NCBI RefSeq assembly: GCF_963921235.1
Contig: NC_086097.1
Span: 37,016,001-37,080,000, forward strand
Direction: 5' to 3'
DNA: 64,000 bases
Origin: Mobula hypostoma
Lineage: Eukaryota
The position numbers were made by a program, and so were the translations under genes. The stretch's first letter is position 1; the number at the start of each line of letters is the position of its first letter. The notes beneath the pieces are model-generated. The model saw nothing but the letters and a program-made list of their open reading frames with translations, searched no databases and was not told the DNA's origin. This document shows positions 52,234-64,000 of this stretch, piece after piece.

Positions 52234-54754
52234 TGATGAAGTGTCGTTCCTACTACCTGCCACAGGAATTCACCTCGGTCATACTGACAGCGGTCTACGT
52301 TCCCCCCAGGCGGACGTGGAGTGTGCTCTGAACATACTGTATGCCAACATCAGTGAACTTGAGACCAGGATCCAGAGGCTTTGCTCATTACAGCCCGGGA
52401 CTTTAACCAGGCCAACCTCAGAAAGGCGCTGCCAAAGTTATACCAACATGTCTCCTGCCCCACTAGAGGCCCGAATATACTTGCCCACTGCTACACAGCA
52501 GTCAAGGATGCCTACCGTTCCGTCTCACGACCTTACTTCGGAAAATTGGACCATCAGGCCGTACTCCTCCTCCCGGCTTACAAACAGAAACTGAAGTGGG
52601 AGGTCACGGTGTCAAAAGTGTTGTCGCGTTGGACGGAGGAAGTGGATGAGGTCCTCCGTGACTGCTTTGAATCAGTGAACTGGTTAGCATTCAAGGACTC
52701 GGCAGCTAACCTCAATGAGTATGCCTCAGCTGTCACGAACTTTACTTGGAAATGCACAGAGGACTGTGTGTCTCGCAAGACGATCCGGGTATTCCCTAAC
52801 CGGAAACCTTGGATGAATTATGAGGTCAAGTCCCTTGTGAAGGCTAGAGCTGCAGCTTTTAGGTCTGGAGATACCAGTCGCTACACGGAATCCAGGCGTG
52901 AACTCCGGAAAGCCAATAAGGGCACCAAGAGGCAATATTGAGCCAAGCTGGAAGCCCAGGCTAACCAGAGGGATGCCAGTAGACTATGGCAGGGTCTAAA
53001 TGAGATCACTGGGCGGAAAGAAAAGGCTGGGAATATCAATAACTGTGGTGCTTCTCTTCCAGACGAACCTAACATATTCTACACAAGATTCGAACAGAAG
53101 AGGAGCGTCCCGCTCCCTCCGGATGAACCAGACCTGGTGGCATCGAGATTCATCGTCACCAAGAATGATGTTAGAAGGGTATTCCTGAAGATAAATCCAA
53201 GGAAGGCGACGGGCCCAGATGGCGTCCCGGGATGGGTTCTCCAGGCCTGTGCAAGCAAGCTAGTTGGAGTGTTTGCTGACATCTTCAACTGCTCTTTGCT
53301 TCAGTCTAAGATCCCCTCGTGTTTTAAGAAGGCAACGATAATCCCAGTACCGAAGAAGAGCAAGGTGACATGCCTGAATGACTATCGACCTGTGGCTCTG
53401 ACATCAATTGCTATGAAGTGCTTAGAGCGATTGGTTATGGCACACATCAACCACAGCCTAGCGGTCAACCTCGACACTTTGCAATTCGCCTACCGGAGCA
53501 ACAGGTCAATAGCAGATGCCATCTCTCTGGCCCTACATTCCTCCTTAGAACACCTGGAGAATAAAGACGCATACGTAAGGCTCCTTTTCATTGACTACAG
53601 CTCTGCCTTTAATACCATCATTCCAAATAAACTGATTACTAAGATCCGGAACCTGGGCCTTAGCACTCAGATCTGCAGCTGGATCTTCAACTTCCTCACA
53701 GACAGGACCCAGGCTATAAAAATAGGGGACAAGCTCTCCTCTACAATCACTCTGAGCACCGGTGCCCCACAAGGCTGTGTACTCAGCCCCCTGCTGTACT
53801 CACTGTATACCCATGATTGTGTAGCCAAGTTTCCACCAAACTCAATATTTAAGTTTGCTGATGACACAACAATTGCAGGCCATATCTCGGGTAATGATGA
53901 GCTTGAGTACAGAGGGGAAATTAGGAACCTGGTGGCATGGTGCAAAGACAATAACCTATCCCTCAACGTCAGCAAGACGAAGGAATTGGTTGTTGACTTC
54001 GGAAGGAGTAGCAGACCGCACGACCCCATTTATATTGGTGGTGCGCAAATGGAACAGGTCAAAAGCTTTAAGTTCCTCGGGGTCAATATCACAAATGACT
54101 TGACTTGGTCCAACCAAGCAGAGTCCACTGCCAAGAAGGCCCACCAGCACCTTCACTTTCTGAGAAAGCTAAGGAAATTTGGCCCGTCCCCTAAAACCCT
54201 CACTAATTTTTACAGATGCACCATAGAAAGCATTCTTCTAGGGTGCATCACAACCTGGTATGGAAGTTGTCCTGTCCAAGACCGGAAGAAGCTGCAGAAG
54301 ATCGTGAACACAGCCCAGCACATCACACAAACCAATCTTCCGTCCTTGGACTCACTTTACACCACACGCTGTCAGAGCAGTGCTGCCACAATAATCCAGG
54401 ACACGACCCACCCAGCCAACACACTTTTCGTCCCTCTTCCCTCCGGGAGAAGGCTCAGGAGCTTGAAGACTCGTACGGCCAGGTTTGGGAACAGTTTCTT
54501 TCCAACTGTGACAAGACTGCTGAACGGATCCTGACCCGGATCTGGGCCATACCCTCCAAATATCTGGACCTGCCTCTCGTTTTTTTTTGCACTACCTTAC
54601 TTTACTTTTTCTATTTTCTAATTATGATTTATAATTTAAATTTTTAATATTTACTATCGATTTGTAATCCAGGGAGCGCGAAGCGCAGAATCAAATATCG
54701 CTGTGATGATTGTACGCTCTAGTATCAATTGCTTGGTGACAATAAAGTAATAAA
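52234..54754 (+). mobile_element. Rex1/Babar-type LINE, 5'-truncated, lightly decayed (endonuclease remnant plus RT)
   Basis: 465-aa ORF 53137-54534 with LNDYRPVALTS, QFAY, GAPQGCVLSPLLY, KFADD; same frame as ORF 52381-52941 across one TGA; aataaag tail. Confidence 0.93.
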
Positions 54755-54792
54755 TTTGCACACAGTAGGCGATTAGTATTGTTGTCACTTAC

Positions 54793-54868
54793 CCATGGTG
54801 GTTGTGTAGAAAACCTGCAATTGCAGCAGGCAGCTCAGATCTTACGATGAACAGATAAGATGACATTG
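54793..54868 (-). CDS. SLC38A6: SLC38A6-like coding exon (AMSSYLFIVRSELPAAIAGFLHNHHG)
   Basis: 76 nt, catcag/gtaagt; AMSSYLxIVxxELP motif. Confidence 0.94.
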
Positions 54869-56049
54869 CTGATGGCAAAATAATAATAAAGTCAAGGAAT
54901 CATAACTTTTTTTTTTAGTTAATTTTATCAAGCATTATATTCATCTCTGTTAATGATTCAAAGAGTAAAATGACTGCTTAACCTGCTACTGACCAAAGAG
55001 ATTTCATAAGGCAATTAACATGAAAGAATTTGTATTTTTCACTAAACTATACTAAACAACAAATAAAATATTTTTATGACAATTTTATCTTAGCTTTACT
55101 ATCTTAAGCAAAATCGTCAGATTTCAAATTACAAACCAGTGAACGCAAATGTAATGAATTCATAAATAACATATGAATAAATTTGAAGCTATCAGCAAAT
55201 TGCAATTCCTTCAAAATAGTAACAAACGAGTGGCTGCCCCAGTTAACCAGAACCCACTGTATATATCATAGGGTGAAACCAAATGCACAATTTAGTGCAG
55301 GGGCAAGCACATTATGCTTGTCAGTGTTAATTATGGGGCTGGGCACACCCCAGCAGGCACCTCCTGTCCTGTTGGTGGAAACATCTTAAGTTTCCACATT
55401 GGCCTTGCTCAGTCACCTCAGAACCCAAAGTACTAGAGTGGATGCTCCATTTTATTCCAATCCTAGACAGCAATGGTTTTGTTTCTGTTTCAGTTAACAT
55501 TAGGGCAATTGAAAACCCCATAATTACTCCGGTATTACAGATTACAGAACAGAACAGCACAGCACAGGAACAGGCACTTTGGCTCACGAGGTCTGCCCCA
55601 ACCATGATGACAATCGAAACTGTATACAGTACCTGGCTGTGCATGTACTAAATCCCTCCATCCCCTAACTGTTCATGTGTCTAAATTCCTTGAACTAGAG
55701 GCCATCATATCTGCTTCCACCATTCCTCTGGTAGCATGCTCCAGACAACCGCTATTGTGCGTAAATATAAAATTGCCAGATAAATGTTATTTAAATTTTC
55801 CCTCACATCTTTAAAATCTATTCCCTTTAAGATCTGACCTTTCAACCCTAGGAACAAGACCATCTATGCCTCTCAATTTTATATACTTTTATCAAGTTAA
55901 TCCTCAATCTGCGCTTCTCCAGAGAAAATTATCCAAGTTTGTCCAACCTCTCCTTACAGCTAATATTCTCTACATCCTCAAGAACCTCCCTGCACTCTCT
56001 CCAGGGTCTCCACATAATCCTTGTAATACTGTGATTGGAGCTGCACAAC

Positions 56050-57387
56050 AGCTTCGTGTCTTCTCCAGCCACAAGCAACGGTCTGGACGATTGGCAAGTA
56101 GCTAATGTTGTTGCATTATTCAAGAAAGGAACCAGAGATAACCCAGGAAACTAGACTAGGGAAGCTCCATCAGTGGTAGGGAAGTTACTGGAGAGAATTC
56201 TTAGGGATAGGATTTATGAGCATTTGAAGAACCATGGCCTAATTAGAGAAAGCCTGCATGGCGCTGTGCGGGGCAAGTCATGTCTTGCTAACTTGATTGA
56301 ATTTTTTTGATGAGGCGATGAGGGTGATTGATGAAGGCAGAGCTGTGGATGCCATCTACATGGCTCATCCAGAAGATTAAGATGCATGGGATCAATGGTG
56401 AATTGGCCATTTGGATTCAACTGGTCTGCCCGTAGAAGGCAGAGGGTAGTGGTTGAAGGAACTTATTCTAACTGGAGGTGTGTGATCAGTGATGTTCTGC
56501 AGGGACCTGTACTAGGACCTCTGCTGTTTGTGATGTACATGAATTACCTGGATGAAAATGTAGATGGGTGAGTTAGTAAGTTTGCAGATGATATGAGATT
56601 GATGGTGTTGTGGATAGTGTAGAATACTGGCAAAGCATACAGTGGGATATAGATGAATTGCTGATATGGGCAGAGAAATGGCAGATGGGAGTTTAACCCC
56701 GTCAAATGTGAAATGTTGCAGCCTGGTAAGTCAAATATAAAGAGACAATACTCTGTTAAGTGCAAGACCCTCAACAGTGTTGATGAGTAGAGAGATTCTA
56801 TGTTCTAGTGAGGCCACATCTAGAATATTGCATACAGTTCCGGTCACCACATTATTGGAAGGACATCGAAGCTTTGGAGAGGGTGCAGAAGAGGTTTACC
56901 AGGACGTTGCCTGGATTAGAGCGCATGTGCTATACTGAGAGGTTGGACAAACTTGGGTTGTTTTCTTTGGAGCCGCAGAAACTTAGGGAAGATCTGATTG
57001 AGATTAATAACATCATGAGAAGCATAGATAGAGCAGACAGTGAGCATCTTTTTCCCAGGGTTGAAATGTCTAATACCAGAGGGCATGCAATTAAGATGAG
57101 AGGGGGTCCATTTCAAGGGAGATGAGAGGCACAAGTTTCTTTAAATATATGCACAGAGAGTGGTGGGTATCTGGAATGCGCTGCCTGGGGTGATGGTAAG
57201 GCAGAAATATTAGAACTTTTAAGAGACATTTAGATAGGCACGTGAAGTGAGGAAAATGGAAGGATATGGACATTGTGTAGGCTGAAGTGATTAGTTTAGC
57301 TAACTATTTGATTACCAATTTAACCAGCTCAGCACAAGATTGTGGGCTGAAGGGTCGGCTCCTGTGCTGTACTCTTCAATATTCTAG
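56050..57387 (+). mobile_element. CR1 LINE nested within an older antisense CR1 (55545-56048 and 57388-57850)
   Basis: DWQVANV..FKKG, GKSCL.NL, VLQGPVLGPLLF, FADD, RPHLEYC; flanks are consecutive parts of a minus-strand CR1. Confidence 0.82.
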
Positions 57388-60300
57388 TACTCCAAATATG
57401 ACCTAACCAAAGGTGTACACTTCCGTAATATAACTTACCAACTTTTCCATTCAACGTTCTGACCAGTGAAGACAAGAATATCCTTCATTGGTCAGGATGT
57501 TGAATATAAATGTGGAATGTGCCTTCATTATCACTATCTACTGGGGAGCTGGGGATTCGCACCTCAACATCCCTCTGTACATCAGTGCCCCCCCAAGGGT
57601 CTTGCCATTTCCTGTATCCTTTTCTTTCATTTGACCTCCTAAAATGCACTTATCCAGATTAAACTCCATACGCCATTTCTCAGCCCACATTTCCAAATAG
57701 AAACACACATTTTCATATCCTGTTGATTCATTTGACAACCTTAACTATTCAAAGCTCTCTAATTTTTGTGTCATCTAGAAACTTACCAAAACAGCTCACC
57801 TACATTTTTATTCAAATCATTAATAACATAAACATCTTTGCATCATTCAAAAACATATTTCCTCACCATCTGACAGTTTGAGGGACTACAATGTTCTCCT
57901 AGCAAGGTAAGTTGCCCTTTACTTATTTCTTAATATGAATACTTATGGTTTTATTTGTTGATTTTTCCTCACACACAAACTCCCCTCACAACTATAATTG
58001 TTTCCTTAATGTGATACTGTGCAGCCCTTCTGATGAACCCCCGCCCTACCTCACCTGACAATTTGGTAATCACGAAGGCTTTGTTTCCATTCCTGTCTAT
58101 CTTAAAATCGATTTCAGTGTGTTATAAATCCAACCTTTGTTTCTTCATTAATAAGACCTTAATCTTCCACATTCAATTTTGCTGAAAATGCTGTCAGGTA
58201 CTCACATCCCTCCTAAACCAAGTTAAATAGTCTCCAATAGTATGAGTGAATCTCCCCATGAGGATATTGAATACAGCCCTATTAAGATATAATGCAGTAT
58301 GATTGCACAAATGTACTTTGTTCCCTAAACTAAGCTTAATGCCTCATTCATCTGAAGCTCTCACCCCTGTACCATCTCTTTAATCACACATTCATATGCA
58401 TGATCCTGCCTGGAGTTCCCCATCTTGTGCGAGAGGCTGTGAGAGTGTTACATCTTCAAGAGGCTGTGCCTCAAGGCGGCAGCATCCATCACTAAGGCCC
58501 CACACCATCCAAGCTATGCTCTCTTCTTGCTCCTGCCTTCAGGAAGGAGTCACAGGAGCCTGAAGACCCACGGTCAAATAACTCAGGAATAGCTTCTTCC
58601 CTTCCGCTGTCAGATGCACCGTAGCTTACCCCGTGATCATTTGGTTCCTTTCTACCGGTATAATCGTAAAGCATGGACAAGAGTTTTTCAGCATATAAAG
58701 TCCATGCTGACCATCTAGCACCCAACCCACTACACAAGTCCCATTTTATTCTCTTCACATTTGCTCAATTCCACCAAGATTCTGCCACTCACTTACATAC
58801 TAAGGTCAATTTACATCAGTCAATGAACAACACATTTTTGCAATGAGAGAAAACAAACACTTCAGGAAAACCTACACAGTCACAGGAGAACCTGGCAATA
58901 TCCCTTTCCCATATGCAGAGAATTCCCACACTAACTAAATTCCTGACATTGGTTACTCTGTTCTAGCAATATTTAAACTGCATTCTGGATGGCTACTCAT
59001 GTGTTGAACAGGATCCATTTGATCTTTGACTAGTACTCCTCACTTGGAGTACATGGCCCTATATTGTCTCTATCACACCATCAGAATAGATTAACTGGTT
59101 ATCATTATGTGATTTATGGACCTTGCAATCTAAAAATTGACTGCATGTCCCCCAGATTAGAACAGTGAATGCACTTCAAAAATAACAGATACAAGTTGAT
59201 TTAGAATGTTCTATTCAACCATGCTGAAGGAATGCAGGTTCATTCATGCTTCTTTCAAAATCCACAATGTTTCCCTTTGCATTTTAATAATTTGGAAAAA
59301 CAATCCATCAAATACAGGATAATTCAATCAAGACACATTTAGATGTGCTTGTGTAGACAAAACCTCACCTTGTCACCAAAAGCTATCTGCAAATCTATCA
59401 AGACAGTTTAATTCAACATTCTGCATTTCTATTGAAATTTGCATCAATGAAATCTCTTCTGATCTTTAAGATTAAGAAATGTGATCTGGCAATCTGGAGG
59501 TCACTTAAACATTATAATTACTTCTATTCAGCTTCCTGTCTGAACACCATATGGTAAAATAGCCATTTATTGTTGCATCTGTACGAATAAGTCTCAAATG
59601 ATAGATCAATAAAATCTGTCAATCTATAAATTGCTTTGCTTTAACACAAAATATTAATATTTGATTTGGAAAATTATGTTTGCCTCAAAAATCAGCTGGT
59701 AATCTATGGTACATATCAAATACTAGGACACCCTGGAGACCTCATTTACCGTCAAATTTAAACTTCTTGCAAGTTGCACTTCCATTGATGAAAAATAGAA
59801 ATGAATATGTCATGACAGAAGTGAGTAGATTTAAATACTTAACAGTCCTACACAAGGACGGAATGCGTAGGGTATTTATCATTTTAAAATAAATTTCAGT
59901 AACATTATATTTTGTCTGCAATATTGTTGAGATAATTTTCTAGTGATCAAGTACAGAAATTTAATTATTGTTAAAAATAGACAGACACATTCATACATAT
60001 ATCATCTTTAATGTTCTAAATTTTCAAACAAAATATTCTGCAGCTCTACCAGGAATTTTCCATTGTCACTTTAATTTGCAAAATGTCTTCTACCAATAAA
60101 AGAAAATTTCTAACATCAGTACAAATCATGTGGCACAACTTGAAATTAAAAACCAAATGCTGCTGAATCTAATAGTTCAACCAGTTAATCCTGATGCTTT
60201 AGGTTAACCTCTAATTATAAATTGCAGCTGGATTTGAACCACTCTATTTTCATGTATAGCTTTAAATTCAGCAAGGCACCAAATGAATACAAAAAACAGT

Positions 60301-61319
60301 GCTTTTTTGTTTTCAATATGCCCATGACTTTTACCAGTTTCTGCTAGAATTTTCAAGGATAGATAACAACTAAACTGGCATCTATTTGATTTGGGAACAT
60401 TAAAATACCAGAAGCTAATGAATCTGAGCAATCATCCAGAGTCCTCAATCCTGGGAGGCCAATTCCTTTATTCTACTTACAGCACTTTCTGCAGCAGCAC
60501 ATCTAAAAAGCTCTCGCCATTTCGGTCTCTCAACACATCTGATTCTGGGTAACCAAGGAAACTGACAAAATATTACTACAATTACATTGACTACAACTTA
60601 TTTGGTGGAAGTTACACAAGCTACACATAGCAAAGTTATGAATTGACAGGGTTGTTTGATCAAGCTGAAGGATCAGCCAATTATAAAGTTAAAATCTCCA
60701 TAAAAACAAAAATAAGCACTTGAAGTCTTCATAATAATGAAAATTTGTAGTTCCATATATAATTTATGTTCAATTCTTGAGAAAGGACACGACAATGTTT
60801 TTGATAGAAAAACTGATTTTATGCATTATTACCTTTACAATAGCCTTGATGGTTGTTATAGCATTGGACACAGGAGATTTAAACAAAAAGGCAAAGCTGG
60901 GTCACAGTTTTATACTATGAAAGGTTACAAAATAGGTTATCTTAATTGGTCTAGTGCCAATCAATCAATTATAAACTTTAACAGGAGTACAAAATCTTCC
61001 TCAGTGATGCATATTGACGCTAGTACTTTCTTAAACTTTCATTGACCCTGCATGAGGAATCAAGTAATTTACGTGCATTCTGCGAGCTAATTCAGATGTA
61101 ATATGTTTAATATTACTTCAATTAAAACCTTGAATAGAACTATTTATAAAAATCTGGTCTATTGATTTAAATTTTAAAAATTCAACATAATTTTGACAAC
61201 TATAAAATTGATTTTCCATGTGATTTACTCAAATTCTTTTTTAAAAAAAAAGACAGTACAAAACCACTAAATGCACAAGGCTTTGAAAGATGATATATCA
61301 CTGGACATTTTATAAAATT

Positions 61320-62305
61320 CAGACTCTGATGCCAATTAGTGAAGGAAAATGCTAGAATCCATTATTAAGAAAAATTTTGGAAAATCATGTCAAGGAGAGT
61401 GAAAGTGACTTTGTGAGAGCAAAATTAGGTTTGCTAGAGTTCTTTGAGGATGTAACAAATGGGGTGACTAAAGGGGAACCAGCAGCCATTCAATCAAACG
61501 CGACATAAAAGGGTAAGACACGAACGTAGAGAGTTGAAGGCAATATCAAGGCATAGATGGGAAAATGGCTAGTGGAAGACAAAGAAATGGCATAAACGTA
61601 TGATTTTCAGATTGGCAAGCAGTGAGGTGCCACAGGCATCAATGCTGGGACCTTAACTTATTATAATCTATGTTAATGACTTGGAGGAAGAGACTAGATG
61701 TAGTCAAATTTGTGAGTGATACAAAGACAGGCAGGTTAGCAAATTGTAAAGAGTCTTCAAAAAGAACTTGCAAAAGGGACAGTGATGGTTTAAGTGAGCA
61801 AGAATTGATTAAGAGAATATATAGTGAAAATGTGACATTATCCACCTTCAATTAAAAAAAACAAATTATTAATTAAATTATAGGAGACAATACGATCTGG
61901 GATTCCTAACAAATTAAACAAAAAATTGGCAGGATAGCCAGTGGAACATTAGCATTCATCACAAGGGCTATGAAGCTTTGATGCAACTTTAAGGCCACTG
62001 TTAAGTCCACACTGAGTACAGCACTGGCCTCCATATTTAAAAAAGAATATATCTGCATTGGAGGCATTCAAAGATTTACTAGGCTGATGCATGAGATGAA
62101 GGTTGGGCAGATTAAGATGATACCCATTGCAGTTTTGAGGAATGAAGACTGATTTCATTGATCCTTATAAAGTTCTCCCAGACACTGACGGGGCAGATGT
62201 GGGGAGAGTGTTTCCCTTATTTGGTGAATAGAACTGGGCTCAGAATCTCAGAATAAGCATGGGCCAATTAAGACAGAGATGAGGATTTTTTTCACTCAGA
62301 CATTG
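61320..62305 (+). mobile_element. Highly degenerate CR1 LINE
   Basis: LEFFEDVT, VPQASMLGP and RPLLSPH remnants. Confidence 0.7.
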
Positions 62306-62820
62306 ACAAAACAGAATTTCAAAACTGAGAATTGTCTAGCTATTGCCACATTCCCTCATTTCTTTATAGTTCAAAAACCATCTCTATTTTGAACATGCTC
62401 ATTAAGTGAGCCTTCACAACCCTCTGGAAATCCATTCCAAATGACCAATCTATATATTGAATCTACAATTCTAACTCTAAACAACCAACCCTAGAAAAGG
62501 TTTTACAGTATAGATGCTAAAACCTTTATATTTTAAATGAAATTATTTTTCATCATTCTAAATACTGACTATGGGTGTATTCCAATCGATTAGTCCTTAC
62601 GTGATAACTTTTCATGCAGTAATCAAATACATCTTTTCTGCAACACCTCCAAGTGACTTTTTTCCTGAGTAAGGATGTCAACATTATACACTGACACAAA
62701 CTATTTTAAAAAAATGGAATAACCCCCTTGCAACTTTGTCATTGTTTGAATTTTAGGATGGAAATCCAGTTAGACAACATGTTTTGGTCAAAAAGTTTCT
62801 TTCTAGAAAGAAAAGATTAC

Positions 62821-62860
62821 CTCCGATGTTCTGTATCAATATTGCAACAGCAACCAAAAC
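62821..62860 (-). CDS. SLC38A6: SLC38A6-like coding exon (VLVAVAILIQNIG)
   Basis: 40 nt, ttcag/gtaatc; QNIG motif continuing as AMSSYL in the next exon. Confidence 0.93.
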
Positions 62861-63586
62861 CTGAAGAAAACAGAACAAACCTCAGTTTGTATCTAACTGA
62901 TGTCCTGAATAACAAATACAACCAATTAGTCATGTCGCGAAGAATATTTTGTGTTTTTTTTTGCACAGTAAAATCTCAAAAGCAACTGAGGTATCTATTA
63001 AGCTCTAACATCGATGCAGGAAAGACTATTGCCCAGAATGCTTTGGAATTCCCCAAGGGCATCTCAGTCTAATGCTACATCTAAAAGATTTTTCCAACAA
63101 CAAAGAAATCCTTAAGTGCTATAATGAAATATCAACCCAGATTATGAGCTCAAGTTCTGCAAATGAGTTTAAGATCGTAACTTTCGAATCAGAGGCAGGA
63201 ACACTGAGTGTTTAGTGATCATTATATCATGCAGGAATGTAATAGTCTATCTGCAGTGTGAAGGTACCCAACATTGCTGATTATTCTGGCTCTACAGTTT
63301 TAATCCCTTTCCCCGCGGCAAATAAAGCATCACCCTAAGCAAGCAAATATTTTATTACTTGAAGCAATTCTTAACTTTAAATTTTGTACACAGGGTGATC
63401 GTGTGAACGTGTTGACAGACTGGTCGACATAAAAGAAATGAGCAAAGGAAAATAGCTTGCTTTCAATGAATGAGATTATTTACAGTGCTCTGCTGATATG
63501 CATGGCTTATTACCAGGGAAAGATAACAAGGGCTTGTCAGTGAATGTAATAAACCTGGATGAAGCACAACAAACATCTTTTATTAC

Positions 63587-63639
63587 CTTTCCAGTTGTTT
63601 TAAAGGCCTGAAACCCCAGGTCTTCATAGGATGTTAGCG
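63587..63639 (-). CDS. SLC38A6: SLC38A6-like coding exon (ALTSYEDLGFQAFKTTGK)
   Basis: 53 nt, tatag/gtaata; SYExLGxxAFxxxGK motif of SLC38. Confidence 0.93.
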
Positions 63640-63889
63640 CTATAAATATACAAAGCAGATATAGTTAACAGAACTGGGCTTATTGTTTACTGTGTAGCTT
63701 CAAGATTTCATGAATGTAATTCAAGACTTTTTATTTAAAATAGCAGCTCCATAAATACCTAATTAAATGGAATAGTGAGTATTATTAATACAATAACTAT
63801 GTCATTAGATAATTCAAACTGAACTCTAAATTAAACACTTCTGAGACAACTTCCACAGGGAGGGTAGAAGAGCTTGGTCCTGCACTCAC

Positions 63890-63963
63890 CAGTCTGTTGA
63901 CATAACTCCAGCAGCAGATGAACTGAGTACGCAGCCAAGAAAGCAACTATCAGCAAGAGAATG
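63890..63963 (-). CDS. SLC38A6: SLC38A6-like transporter, first coding exon in window (ILLLIVAFLAAYSVHLLLELCQQT)
   Basis: 74 nt, ttgcag acceptor and gtgagt donor; SLC38 YSxHLLL motif; phase joins the next exon. Upstream exons lie outside the window. Confidence 0.92.
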
Positions 63964-64000
63964 CTGCAAATACAAAACATTAAGTACACAGTTACTGACA

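Overview
Vertebrate genomic DNA, AT-rich and repeat-dense. The repeat set (CR1, Rex1/Babar, Penelope-like, V-core SINE) resembles cartilaginous-fish genomes; the taxon is an inference. The one intact host gene is an SLC38-family amino-acid transporter, most likely SLC38A6/SNAT6, on the minus strand. I reconstructed 14 GT-AG coding exons from 63963 to the stop at 24304 that splice into one open frame of 380 full codons plus stop; the 5' exons lie beyond the window end. A ~2 kb repeat-free 3' UTR follows. Most of the ORF track is transposon debris or noise. Mobile elements include a 3.4-kb Neptune-type Penelope element nested in a CR1 LINE, a decayed hAT/Buster transposase, several Rex1/Babar LINEs, an RTE derivative, a Tc1-like MITE and SINEs. 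Most interesting: (i) two separate Penelope copies carry foreign, host-like coding cargo inserted without target-site duplication, one an orphan FREM2/FREM3 exon with its splice donor, the other a 233-bp decapeptide-repeat segment across which the element ORF stays open; (ii) about nine minimal hammerhead-ribozyme motifs lie in Penelope termini, including a 191-bp fold-back pair; (iii) an inverted pair of ~1.1-kb Rex1 copies brackets two SLC38A6 exons. All annotation was done by eye with no database searches; repeat boundaries are approximate unless a TSD is given.
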